A DNA stretch of 64,000 nt from a virus. The translations under genes and the position numbers were made by a program. Positions within the stretch are counted from its first letter, which is position 1; each line of letters opens with the position of its first letter. Location: the IMG/VR virus record IMGVR_UViG_3300031707_002920, positions 21,904-85,903 of that record, one strand, 5' to 3'. Under the pieces are notes generated by a model, which saw only the letters and a program-made list of their open reading frames with translations, had not been told where the DNA came from and made no database searches. Positions 8,893 to 18,822 of this stretch are shown one piece after another.

Positions 8893-9304
8893 GGGGGTGT
8901 AAGGTTTCGACAGATTGGGTGAAGTAACAGTTGCATGTAGAGGAAATCACTGGTTGGCCTCTTAAATCATCCGGTGAACTTTAACTGCCAACACAGGTGC
9001 AGTTCTGGGTGCAAAATTCGCAACACAGTTTGCTGTTCTTTGCGGATTGACCTCCCAGGTCAGCGTTGCTTAATTTAAAAGCAACAGAGTTTTAGTGAGA
9101 GCCACGGTAGCTAAAACTTCAAGTAGTGTGGATAGGACAACCGAATCGCAGTAGAGAAGGGGACCGAAATGACGTCTGCGCCTCTTACTTGTGAAGCTTG
9201 CTGATTCTTAGTAATAAGATAAGAGGAAGTTACAGAATCAGATAAACATGTAGTAACTGTTATAGAGCACATTCTGGACAGGGGTTCAATTCCCCTCACC
9301 TCCA
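8893..9304 (+). ncRNA. ssrA: tmRNA
   Basis: 5' GGGGGTGTAAGGTTTCGAC, 3' GACAGGGGTTCAATTCCCCTCACCTCCA; resume context TTAACT-GCC; tag ANTGAVLGAKFATQFAVLCGLTSQVSVA* at 8987-9073. Confidence 0.92.
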
Positions 9305-9321
9305 TTTTTTCTAAAAATCAA

Positions 9322-10020
9322 ATGATTAAAGACATTCGATTTTTGTCATTCGAAATTGGTACTACTTGTAATCTTTCTAATAAGCATTCTTGGTGCCCTA
9401 TCAACGATCAATTACGATATCCTCTGCACGAATCAAAACTACTCTTAAATGATAATGACATTGTAAAGTTCGCTAAATCAGTGATAAGTCGAGGATTCAA
9501 TGGTGAAATAGCGTTTCATTACTACAACGAACCATGTTTATCGCCCGATCGCATGAAAAATATCATGAATCAATTACCGGTAGCAAAATTTATATTGTGG
9601 ACTAATGGTCTTTTATTAAGAAATCTTGATCAAAAATTAATAAAATCTATGAATCGCGTATGCATATCAATCTACGAACTTGATAAAATGGACTACTTCA
9701 ACAACTTTTGTAAGCAATTTTCTAATATGACAGCATCACTGGCTCCCCACGATGCTCGCGCAAATGTTTATAAAGCGCCCGCTGCTAATCCGGGATTTTG
9801 TATACGACCATCACAGACTGAAATAGCTATAAATGCCTATGGAAACTTAAGGATGTGTTGCTCAGATTTTAGAGGCCAAGTAAGCTTAGGAAATATCACT
9901 CTTGAAGATCATAATTTTTTATTAGATGCTTGGGAAGAAATGGCTATTTTAATACAAGAATATGGATCTCATCTATGTTCTCAGTGCCGTAGCATTCATT
10001 CACCCTGTATAATGACATGA
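9322..10020 (+). CDS. radical SAM-like protein with SPASM/twitch domain
   Basis: FEIGTTCNL..HSWCP, FHYYNEP, LWTNG, C..P...I...G....CC.D, C..C. Confidence 0.75.
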   Translation: MIKDIRFLSFEIGTTCNLSNKHSWCPINDQLRYPLHESKLLLNDNDIVKFAKSVISRGFNGEIAFHYYNEPCLSPDRMKNIMNQLPVAKFILWTNGLLLRNLDQKLIKSMNRVCISIYELDKMDYFNNFCKQFSNMTASLAPHDARANVYKAPAANPGFCIRPSQTEIAINAYGNLRMCCSDFRGQVSLGNITLEDHNFLLDAWEEMAILIQEYGSHLCSQCRSIHSPCIMT

Positions 10021-10796
10021 AAATCGGTGCTACTTTACTTGTATATAATGAAATTGATGTAATACATCAAGTAATGCGTCATTATATTCCCGTGCTCGAT
10101 TATTTTATCGTGCTTAACAATATGAGCACAGATGGAACTCGAGAAGCTGTTCAATCGTACACGCAGTGTTCTAATGTGACTAATGTAATATTATTGGACG
10201 TTATATCGAAGACTTATTGGCAAAAAGAATGGGTGACTCGTGCATGTAAGCATCTCATTCAATTGGGCGCAGACTGGATAATTAATTTGGACGCAGATGA
10301 AATTTATACTGGCAGTATTAGAAATGTTATAGAGCAAGTAGACGCTCAGGGATTTAATCAAATTTATGCGACAGGCGCTTTTTATTATCCTACCATATTT
10401 GACGACGCGTTTGAATTAAATCCGTTTAAACGTATAACTTATCATGATTCATTTGATATTAAGTATAGTAACGATAAGATGATATTTAAAAAAGATGGAT
10501 TTTTGTCTGTCTGTCAAGGCAATCATTGGGCATTCTTTGATGGTATGATAAAACCACGCATGATGCGAACTCAAAATATATTATTACACCATTATCCAGA
10601 TAGGTCGGCGCAGCAATTTGCTTCTAAGTATCGGGGTAAATTCTCTGAACAGAAATTGAAGAATATGGGTGTCGGATGGCAAGCTAAAAATCGTATTTGG
10701 TTAGAAGGAGGCGATGAAGCTTTAATACGATATTATAACGACAATGTTGTCTTGAAAGAGAGGGATATAGTAGAAAGGAAATTAATAAATGATTAA
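10017..10796 (+). CDS. glycosyltransferase family 2
   Basis: YNE.D, NNMSTDGT, WIINLDADE (DxD). Confidence 0.85.
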   Translation: MKIGATLLVYNEIDVIHQVMRHYIPVLDYFIVLNNMSTDGTREAVQSYTQCSNVTNVILLDVISKTYWQKEWVTRACKHLIQLGADWIINLDADEIYTGSIRNVIEQVDAQGFNQIYATGAFYYPTIFDDAFELNPFKRITYHDSFDIKYSNDKMIFKKDGFLSVCQGNHWAFFDGMIKPRMMRTQNILLHHYPDRSAQQFASKYRGKFSEQKLKNMGVGWQAKNRIWLEGGDEALIRYYNDNVVLKERDIVERKLIND

Positions 10797-11382
10797 TATA
10801 GCTATACTTGGTGGAGCATTCGATCCAATTACTAATGGGCATGTTAAAATTGTCGAGGTCGTTTTAAATTCAAATTGTGCCGACGAAGTCTGGATAATGC
10901 CTTGTTATAGACATAAATATAATAAGCAAATGGTGACTGCTAATGATCGTTTAAACATGTGTAAGTTGGCTGTAGGACTTAATACCAGGATTAAAGTATC
11001 AAGTTTTGAGATTCGTTATAGATTTACTGGTGAAGTTTATAATATGTTTAAATTTTTACAATCTAAATTAAGCAGATTAGGGACGTATAGTTTTATTATA
11101 GGTACGGACAATGCTAATACGATTGATCAATGGTTTAACTATCAAGAGCTATTGACTATTGTTAGATTTATCGTCGTCTCGAGACAAGGTGAGATACAAG
11201 ATCCAAAAGTCGACTGGTATTTAAAACGACCTCACATTTATTTACAGAGTAATGATATACCTGAAATCTCATCAACTCAAATAAGAAATGCTATAAAGTC
11301 GCACGATGATGTATTTGTTAGAAAAAATGTAAATCCTGAAGTTTTAGATTATGTTCATAAGAATAAATTTTATATTAGTTAG
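10789..11382 (+). CDS. nadD: nicotinate-nucleotide adenylyltransferase
   Basis: GGAFDPITNGH, FIIGTDN, ISSTQIR. Confidence 0.9.
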   Translation: MINIAILGGAFDPITNGHVKIVEVVLNSNCADEVWIMPCYRHKYNKQMVTANDRLNMCKLAVGLNTRIKVSSFEIRYRFTGEVYNMFKFLQSKLSRLGTYSFIIGTDNANTIDQWFNYQELLTIVRFIVVSRQGEIQDPKVDWYLKRPHIYLQSNDIPEISSTQIRNAIKSHDDVFVRKNVNPEVLDYVHKNKFYIS

Positions 11383-11433
11383 ATAAAAGCATTAATTACA
11401 GGACCTTTTTAAAAATTTAATTAGGAGGATCAC

Positions 11434-11763
11434 ATGGCTATTAAGAAAGCAGTCGTATTACCGAGCGGTGTTGAATTGCCTGAAGCGTACCATAAAGTTA
11501 TTGCTATAAACAATATTCGAAATGGTACTGACAATCGAGTATTGTACGAAGTAGCAGTGTACAAAGATAGCACTGCAAGAACAGCTAATAGAGGATCTGT
11601 TTTACAATTTACTATTCCAGTTACTGGTGACGATACTGCTAGATTTTTTGGAATTGATGTATTGAGTGTTGCGGGCGTTAATCAAGTTAAACAATGTTAC
11701 GAACATTTAAAAACTCAAACAGCTAGAGATATTGATTATAGAGTCGATACTCTTGATGTATAA
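11434..11763 (+). CDS. hypothetical phage protein
   Basis: AGGAGG RBS; followed by terminator. Confidence 0.75.
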   Translation: MAIKKAVVLPSGVELPEAYHKVIAINNIRNGTDNRVLYEVAVYKDSTARTANRGSVLQFTIPVTGDDTARFFGIDVLSVAGVNQVKQCYEHLKTQTARDIDYRVDTLDV

Positions 11764-11790
11764 AAAAACTAAATAAAATCAATTTTAATG

Positions 11791-11824
11791 TAAGCTGTTT
11801 GTCTAAAGATAAACAGCTTTTTTT
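11791..11824 (+). terminator. intrinsic terminator
   Basis: AAGCTGTTT...AAACAGCTTTTTT. Confidence 0.75.
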
Positions 11825-12133
11825 ATGTTAGCTCTCTTAACTATAAAGTTATGTATTTAATCATAATAAAATTTGTTATATAAATTTAATACTGATAAGC
11901 ATTTTCGTATGTCTGTAGTCACGAAACAATTATTTATTTCATCTATATGGCGACATATATGCAAATATGACATGTATATATTTTTAGATTAGCAGAGAGT
12001 GTTTTCAATTTTACAATTACATCTTCGCCAAACTGTCGAGTAAAATACACAATTAAAACTCACAAGTATTAACAAATATTATTATTAGCGATTAATATAG
12101 TCGGTCTTCAAGTTTTAAATTGACAATATAATT

Positions 12134-13270
12134 ATGTATTACTCTAAGTTAGAGTTACAAAAGATTTATCAAAAGATAGATATCGATAAATTTTTTAAAC
12201 ATTACAATACTAAGATAGATAGTCAATTTGGCGATGAACTTAGAATGTGCTGCATCTTACCAGGTCATAAAGATAATTCACCGTCTGCAAGTTTTAACGT
12301 AAAGAAGGGCATATATAATTGTTTTGTTTGTGGTGGAAAAAATTTTTTTACGCTAGTTCAAGAATTAGAAAGTTTGAAATCTTTTAAGAATAGTGTTGAA
12401 TTCGTTAAAAAAATGATCGGTTATGATAGTGATGAGACTACTCAAATAGATAATTTATTAGACGAATTGAAAGATATAAGAAATGAAGAAGACATTGAAT
12501 TAGAAAAACTAGAATATATAGAAATAGATTTTGTCAAGCACTTAGAATTCGAAAATGCTTTTAAATACTTTAGTAAAGTTAAAAAACGCGTTAATAAGCA
12601 AATGATAGATTTTTGGCATTTAAAATATGCAACGAGTGGTTATTACAAGGGTAGATTAATCGTTCCAATTACTGTCGACAATAGAGTCATGTCTTTTGCA
12701 GCTCGTGATATGACCGGTAAAGCAAATAGGTGGTTAAAGTTATTAAAACAAGCAAAAAAAGATAGGCTGACTATAACAGAAATCGCAGAATTAAAAATAA
12801 AGTATGAGTGTAAAAAGATATTATATCCGCCCGTCATCGATAAGGATAGTGAAATAGTTCATAAAGATAACATAATTTATGGTACTCATGTAAAATTTCT
12901 ATTGTTTAATTTTGACAATGCAGTCGGCACAAATAAAGATTATGTTATTTTAGTTGAGGGTGTTTTTGATTGTATGAGATTGTTTTCGTGGGGATTCAAT
13001 GCTGTCGCTCTATGTGGTACAAAGTTGAGTTCATACAACAGGTCATTATTACTCAGACATTTTGATAAAATATTCGTAGCACTCGACAATGATGCTGATA
13101 AGACAAAGAATGCGGGACAAGTGGCTGCACAATCAATTATAGACAGTCTTAAAGCTGAAGTTGATGTTTATAATATAGTTTTACCGTCAAACAAAGATCC
13201 TGATGAATGTACTCTAGAACAATTTACACATTGTTTTAATGAGTCAATGAATGAAAAAATAATTTTTTGA
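12134..13270 (+). CDS. dnaG: DNA primase (CHC2 Zn finger + TOPRIM)
   Basis: C..PGH.D.SPS...YNCFVC; LVEGVFD; ALDND; KDPDE. Confidence 0.9.
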   Translation: MYYSKLELQKIYQKIDIDKFFKHYNTKIDSQFGDELRMCCILPGHKDNSPSASFNVKKGIYNCFVCGGKNFFTLVQELESLKSFKNSVEFVKKMIGYDSDETTQIDNLLDELKDIRNEEDIELEKLEYIEIDFVKHLEFENAFKYFSKVKKRVNKQMIDFWHLKYATSGYYKGRLIVPITVDNRVMSFAARDMTGKANRWLKLLKQAKKDRLTITEIAELKIKYECKKILYPPVIDKDSEIVHKDNIIYGTHVKFLLFNFDNAVGTNKDYVILVEGVFDCMRLFSWGFNAVALCGTKLSSYNRSLLLRHFDKIFVALDNDADKTKNAGQVAAQSIIDSLKAEVDVYNIVLPSNKDPDECTLEQFTHCFNESMNEKIIF

Positions 13271-13388
13271 AAAAAAGTATGTACATCGAACAATTTATAA
13301 ATTATTTATAATTAGTATAGGTTATTTTTGTTTAAATGGATTCTCGCTTCGTCGACTCATTAACAATCTACTGTCGGGAGGGGATTTC

Positions 13389-14135
13389 ATGCCGATTATA
13401 ACTGATGAATCTTTGATTGCACAATACAGATTGCCACAGACTACAGAAACGAAGCAAACACGAATTTTTAAAATATTATTAAATCGCAGACGCGAAAATG
13501 ATAGTAAAAATTCATGGCATATAGTCATTAAAAAATACGTTAAATGGCGCATATCGAAATCAAAACACGGATTTGATATATACGATGAAGACGATCTGTA
13601 CCAGCGCTGTCTATGCTGTTTATACAAGGCTGTATCTGAAAAATTTGATTTCGATTACGGCGTAAAGTTTTCTACTTATATGTACACAGCATTGGAGAAG
13701 ACAGTTAATAGAGTTATGGTCGAACTTCGAAAAAAGAAGCGCACAGTCGAAGTCAATTTTGAAATTGACGGTAAGATCGTCAGTAAACGATTAAGTCCTC
13801 GATCTTTTACGGATAGCTTACAAGAGCCTGTTAATAGCGATGAACATTCAATAACATTGAGCGAAGTAATACCTGACAAAAGTGATGATATATCTGAAGA
13901 TGAAGGCGAAATTGCAGAAGCTATACTTGATAAATGTAAAAAATATCTATCGCCGATGCAATATGACATATTTATAAGAAGTAATATTCAAGGTTTAATT
14001 TCTGGTAAAGAATTGGCAAAAAAATATAATAAATCAGAACCCACAATATCAGCTATTAAAAAACGAAAAATCGCTAGAGCATTAGAGAAAATTAGAAACG
14101 AAACCATTGAAGAGTTCAATCTTGCAGTTCATTAA
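13389..14135 (+). CDS. RNA polymerase sigma-70 family factor
   Basis: DDLYQ...LYKAV.KFD...GVKFSTY region 2; C-terminal HTH ELAKKYNKSEPTIS. Confidence 0.85.
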   Translation: MPIITDESLIAQYRLPQTTETKQTRIFKILLNRRRENDSKNSWHIVIKKYVKWRISKSKHGFDIYDEDDLYQRCLCCLYKAVSEKFDFDYGVKFSTYMYTALEKTVNRVMVELRKKKRTVEVNFEIDGKIVSKRLSPRSFTDSLQEPVNSDEHSITLSEVIPDKSDDISEDEGEIAEAILDKCKKYLSPMQYDIFIRSNIQGLISGKELAKKYNKSEPTISAIKKRKIARALEKIRNETIEEFNLAVH

Positions 14136-14178
14136 CAATTTCGTAAATCAATGAAGAAATTTTGTTAATGAATTATAT

Positions 14179-14691
14179 ATGAGTAAAAACAAAAATTGGT
14201 TCGTTCTTTTCGTAATGCAAGGTAAAGAATTTTATATTAAAGACAAACTTCTCCAACTAGTAGAAGATAAAAAAATTGACGATGTTTTATTACCAACAAT
14301 TAAAGAAATATCTGAAGTCCGCAGGAAGAAAATAGTCAGAAACCTTCCAGTATATCCAAGCTACTTGTTCATCCACGCTTGTCTTACAAGTGACATCAAA
14401 TCAGCGATCCTCGAAACAAACTTCGTAGTAAAATTTTTAGGCGTCAACCATCCACGACCAATTAAAGATGAAGAAATGGACATTGTAAGAGCTATTGCCG
14501 GAAATTGTAAAATTAATAGCGCGTTCAAATTTAAGATCGGTGATATGATAGAAATATTAGGCGGTCATTGTAAAGGACTATCGGGTAGAGTGGTTGATAT
14601 CCTCAACGTCAATAACTTAAAAATAGAAATTCAAATTTTTAATAGGGCTATTTATACTGATTTACGAATAGAAGACGTCAAAGTGGCATAA
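14179..14691 (+). CDS. nusG: transcription termination/antitermination factor NusG
   Basis: NGN (WFVLFV..GKE, YPSYLF) plus KOW (FKIGDMIEILGG..KGLSGRV), IFNR. Confidence 0.88.
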   Translation: MSKNKNWFVLFVMQGKEFYIKDKLLQLVEDKKIDDVLLPTIKEISEVRRKKIVRNLPVYPSYLFIHACLTSDIKSAILETNFVVKFLGVNHPRPIKDEEMDIVRAIAGNCKINSAFKFKIGDMIEILGGHCKGLSGRVVDILNVNNLKIEIQIFNRAIYTDLRIEDVKVA

Positions 14692-14829
14692 GACATCTCA
14701 CAGTCATCAATTTGATAAAAAGAAAATTATACGCATAACACACGATCTTATACTGACTCTTCGATAATTCATTCTAAACTTATAAAAACATTGTAAGATT
14801 TAGTATATACTTTACTTAAGAGGTGTTGT

Positions 14830-15714
14830 ATGAGAATTAAAAAAAAATTAGCTTGCAAAATTTGTAGTGGATTAAATTTTCATCCTGATCAAGTTGAAAT
14901 TTTACTTGAAAAAGCATTTAAGTGTGAATATTGTAATGAGACATTTTTTGACAAAATTAACAAAGATCGAAAATATTGTAATGAATGTCAGTTATTAGCT
15001 AATAATAAAATCACAGGTAGATCACAATGTAGAAATAAAACAACGTCTAATTTCATAAAATATAATGGTATAACATTTAGAAGTTCTTGGGAAGCGCTAG
15101 TCGCACAACGCTTGCATAAATCACTATTCAAATATGAATATGAAAAATATAAGTTTTTTCTTAATGACAAGTTAGGTCACTATATACCTGATTTTTATAT
15201 TCCAGAAAAAGATGTATTTATTGAAGTAAAAAGTCAATGGTTATATAATTCAAGACAAAAAGTTGTAGAATTTAGAAAAAAATATCCTGAAAAAAAGTTA
15301 TATGTTATTGAACCAATGGACGAATTTAGCATGATGATGATGATGCAATATTTATATGGATTATCACATTATGATTTTAATTCAATTGATGAAAAGTATA
15401 TTGAAGATAAAATAAAATATACATGTATGTTAATGATTGATGAGATAATAGAACTTCTTCGTGAAACGAATTATAAAGAACATAAAGAACGCAAACCCAT
15501 TGATAAACAACACTTAATAGAAGAAACAACAGATGTTTTTATTTTTTTAATGAATATATTACACTTATTAAAAATTGATCCTAAAACGTTCATTCATACA
15601 GTTAAACAAAAATATACATTAAATAGATTTAGAATATTGTTTCCAAAAATTAAATTCAAATCAATTTCTTCTTTTGCAACAGATTTTCATATAAGTTCTT
15701 TAAAAAGACAATGA
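14830..15714 (+). CDS. fusion: Zn-ribbon/PD-(D/E)xK nuclease + all-alpha (MazG/dimeric dUTPase-like) NTP pyrophosphatase
   Basis: FRSSWE, YIPDF...FIEVK; DEIIELLRETNYKEHK...IEETTDVFIFLMN. Confidence 0.75.
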   Translation: MRIKKKLACKICSGLNFHPDQVEILLEKAFKCEYCNETFFDKINKDRKYCNECQLLANNKITGRSQCRNKTTSNFIKYNGITFRSSWEALVAQRLHKSLFKYEYEKYKFFLNDKLGHYIPDFYIPEKDVFIEVKSQWLYNSRQKVVEFRKKYPEKKLYVIEPMDEFSMMMMMQYLYGLSHYDFNSIDEKYIEDKIKYTCMLMIDEIIELLRETNYKEHKERKPIDKQHLIEETTDVFIFLMNILHLLKIDPKTFIHTVKQKYTLNRFRILFPKIKFKSISSFATDFHISSLKRQ

Positions 15715-15765
15715 ACTAACTTTTATTTTTAACAAGACATTGTAAATTTATAGGACTATATTATT

Positions 15766-16890
15766 ATGAGAATTGGCTATTCAGCATGGGGATTTATAGG
15801 TGATGGACTCGTAGACTCTCCAGACGGTGGACGTTTAACAAGAGCATTGCTTATTGAACACTTACTTAAAGAAAACTACGACATTATGTGGTTACAAGAA
15901 AATCGTGATGTCGATTATCATAGCATGCCATTATTTAGGCTCTCAGTAAGTAAATCTTACAAAGATGAACAAAGACAAACGCTTTGTAAAATAAAATATG
16001 ATAATGGTTTTCCACAAATTGATGTATTATTCCTTGAATGGCGATGGAAAATACCGGGCAGGAATTGTGACGTTTCTATTGAAGATGCTAAATACACTCC
16101 AGATTATGATAGACAGACGCAATTACTATTACATTACATCAACATGTCAACTAAAATTATCATTTGGGATAAGGATGAAAAACTCACTTTTAATGACGAA
16201 CATTGGCTTGATCATCATAAGAAGCATCAATTTCAAGTCACAATATTGTCGCCTGCGATTTATCCTCCTAAGATAATCTTCGAACGAAAAACGCTATTGT
16301 TTCCGTGTCAGTTAAGTAAGATAAAGGGCACTAAAATAAACAAACGATACGAATATCTTATTGGTTATGTTGGTTCTCAGTATGAGCGCGATGACCAGAT
16401 CTATAAATATATCAATCCTTTTTCTTTTCAATGGGCTCAATTAACTAAACAACTGCAAGTGATATTTGTCGGCAATTGGTTAAAATATGATGATCAGGCT
16501 AAGAGAAATTTAGTCAATTTTCCGCATATTAAATTTGAAGATAGAATCTTACCAAAAGATATGGGAACTATTTATAGTAAATGTTTGGCTTCAGTCTTAT
16601 TATGCAAACAAAACTATGCACGGCATTGTCACATAACACAGAGGATTTATGAACTTGCAATGAACGGCGTGATTGCTATCGGCCTTAAAGAGCAAATAGA
16701 CATTGATAAATTTATTAATAAGTCACTCATAATTTCAGATGCTTATGATCTTGTACAAGTGATCGACATGCTGCGCAGGTCGTCAATTGATTTTCGACAG
16801 CAAATATTAGATGAGCATATCGAAAGATTAGAACCATTTGATATAAACAATGTCATGAACAAGTTTAGAGAAGTACTAAGCCATGCATAG
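15766..16890 (+). CDS. GT-B glycosyltransferase, candidate DNA base glycosyltransferase
   Basis: MRIGYSAWGF.GD...DSPDGG, LFLEWRW, IIWDKD, YVGSQYERD, QRIYE. Confidence 0.7.
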   Translation: MRIGYSAWGFIGDGLVDSPDGGRLTRALLIEHLLKENYDIMWLQENRDVDYHSMPLFRLSVSKSYKDEQRQTLCKIKYDNGFPQIDVLFLEWRWKIPGRNCDVSIEDAKYTPDYDRQTQLLLHYINMSTKIIIWDKDEKLTFNDEHWLDHHKKHQFQVTILSPAIYPPKIIFERKTLLFPCQLSKIKGTKINKRYEYLIGYVGSQYERDDQIYKYINPFSFQWAQLTKQLQVIFVGNWLKYDDQAKRNLVNFPHIKFEDRILPKDMGTIYSKCLASVLLCKQNYARHCHITQRIYELAMNGVIAIGLKEQIDIDKFINKSLIISDAYDLVQVIDMLRRSSIDFRQQILDEHIERLEPFDINNVMNKFREVLSHA

Positions 16891-18502
16891 ATTTGACCAA
16901 AAAAATGTGTCTGATTTCTTTCCGTATCCGACATATAGACAGTATCAATTAGAGACCATTAATAAAATTCAACAACATTTTGTTGATGGTGTTAAAGACA
17001 TTATTATAGAGATGCCTACTGGTTCTGGAAAATCGCCTGTAGCAATTGCATGTGGATTATGGTCAGAGAATTCTTATTGTTTAACTTCACAAAAAATCTT
17101 GCAAGATCAATATATTAAAGATTTCACTGAAGATTACAGGATTTCTGTGTTGAAAGGTCGCAGCAATTATGAGTGCACATTTTTGGGTGATCCTGCAATG
17201 TGTAACGAGTGCTATGAACCTGCCAGAAAGCAATGTTATAAAAACGGAACGTGCCTTTATCAGATTGCTAAGAAAAGAACAATTAATTCTATTATAGCGT
17301 TGATGAATTATTCATACTTTCTGAATGTGACAGATTGTGATCCTAATAAATCGTTCGGTAAGAAGAAATTGTTGATTTGTGACGAGTGTCACTCGCTTGA
17401 GGGCGAGCTTATGGGGCAGGTCGAGTTCATTTTATCAGAATTTATGTTTAAGCGATCAGGGTATCCTGTTGCTATTCCCACATATGAATCATTAGATCAA
17501 TATGAAGCGTGGATAAAAGAAAATATAGAACAAGTGCAAGCGATTTTAAAGAAAAAAAATGATGAGTTAGATAGTTTGAATAGACAGCGAGTGAGTCTTA
17601 GTCGTGAATCTTTTAATTTTAAAAAAATGTCAGGAGAGACGGCTGAACTAGTGTCGCAAGTTGAAGAAATTGATCGTCTTTATCGACGAATGAATACGTT
17701 TTTGAATACTATAGGTTTAGTTGAATGGGTGTTTACGGTCGAAAGAACTGAAAAATTAAAGATGAAGAAAGTGATTTTTAAACCATTGACGATTAATTTA
17801 TTTGCACCCGATTGTTTATTAAATTACGGTGAACAACGACTTTACATGTCAGCTACTATTTTAGATAAAAAGAGTTTTTGTCATAGTCTTGGTATCAATT
17901 GTGATGAAGCTGCTTTTATAAGAGTGCCATCAACGTTTCCTGCTAAAAATCGGAAGATATTTTTTACAAATTCTGGTTTTATGAACTTAGCGAATATCGA
18001 CGATACGTTACCAAATATTGTCAGAGACTTGAAAAAAGCACTGGCATATCATAAGTCTGAAAAAGCACTAGTGCATTGTCATTCATATAAGATTGCAAAT
18101 TACATACAAGAAAATTGTCATGACCATCGGTTGATTTTTCATAATTCAGAGAATCGTGAAAAGATGCTTCAAAAGTTTATGCAATCGACAGATCCTATGG
18201 TTTTAGTTTCGCCGTCTATGACTGAGGGTCTTGATCTTAAAGATGACTTAGCACGTTGGGAAATTATAGTCAAAGTACCGTATTTATATTTGGGTGATAA
18301 ACAAGTATCTAGAAGAATGGCAATTGATCCTGATTGGTACAATTGGCAAACATGCCTGACACTGGTTCAGAGTTACGGTCGCATTTTTAGATCAGAGACT
18401 GATTGGGGAACAGTATATGTATTTGATAGTGGAGCAAGAGGATTTATACAACGTAATGTAAGTATTTTACCACAATGGTTTATCGACGCTTGTCAATTTT
18501 AA
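16883..18502 (+). CDS. DinG/XPD-family SF2 helicase
   Basis: Q motif, MPTGSGKS, KGRSNY.C Cys cluster, DECH, SAT, EGLD, QSYGRIFR. Confidence 0.9.
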   Translation: MHRFDQKNVSDFFPYPTYRQYQLETINKIQQHFVDGVKDIIIEMPTGSGKSPVAIACGLWSENSYCLTSQKILQDQYIKDFTEDYRISVLKGRSNYECTFLGDPAMCNECYEPARKQCYKNGTCLYQIAKKRTINSIIALMNYSYFLNVTDCDPNKSFGKKKLLICDECHSLEGELMGQVEFILSEFMFKRSGYPVAIPTYESLDQYEAWIKENIEQVQAILKKKNDELDSLNRQRVSLSRESFNFKKMSGETAELVSQVEEIDRLYRRMNTFLNTIGLVEWVFTVERTEKLKMKKVIFKPLTINLFAPDCLLNYGEQRLYMSATILDKKSFCHSLGINCDEAAFIRVPSTFPAKNRKIFFTNSGFMNLANIDDTLPNIVRDLKKALAYHKSEKALVHCHSYKIANYIQENCHDHRLIFHNSENREKMLQKFMQSTDPMVLVSPSMTEGLDLKDDLARWEIIVKVPYLYLGDKQVSRRMAIDPDWYNWQTCLTLVQSYGRIFRSETDWGTVYVFDSGARGFIQRNVSILPQWFIDACQF

Positions 18503-18550
18503 GTAGAGCAGCTATATCAATCTACGCAAAGCAGGTTGATTATAAAAGTT

Positions 18551-18766
18551 ATGAGAACTACAATTGAAGTAGCTCCTGATAAACGAAGAATTTGGCGACA
18601 ATGGTGTAAGAAATTTAAATTAAGTAGTGTAAAGTTATTTGATAAATTAATTGAGAAGATCGAGCAACGACAACAACAAGAGTTTTATAATTCATTGCCA
18701 AGACCTATAAAATATGTTAAGCCATTGGAAAATAAAAGAATTAGGAAATTTGTATACAAAAAATAG
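18551..18766 (+). CDS. small basic protein, possibly ribbon-helix-helix-like (copy 1)
   Basis: MRTTIEV strand then helices; immediately upstream of attI-like site. Confidence 0.6.
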   Translation: MRTTIEVAPDKRRIWRQWCKKFKLSSVKLFDKLIEKIEQRQQQEFYNSLPRPIKYVKPLENKRIRKFVYKK

Positions 18767-18777
18767 GTTCATATAAT
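18750..18777 (+). promoter_or_regulatory. sigma70-type promoter (Pc-like) overlapping attI-like site
   Basis: TTGTAT-16 bp-TATAAT; predicted +1 near the GTT at 18783; repeated at 19753-19780. Confidence 0.6.
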
Positions 18778-18789
18778 AACTAGTTGCAC
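18771..18789 (+). other. attI-like recombination site 1
   Basis: ATATAAT-AACTA-GTTGCAC; no hairpin precedes this GTT, and GTTGCACG is complementary to CGTGCAAC at 18961 closing cassette 1. Confidence 0.75.
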
Positions 18790-18822
18790 GCAATAGGCCG
18801 CGAACCATGTTGGAGGTGAATT

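Larger units (their letters stand above)
18473..18786 (+). repeat. 314-bp direct repeat copy 1 (helicase 3' end, small ORF, promoter, attI-like site)
   Basis: Identical to 19476-19789; identity ends at AACTAGTTG. Confidence 0.95.
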
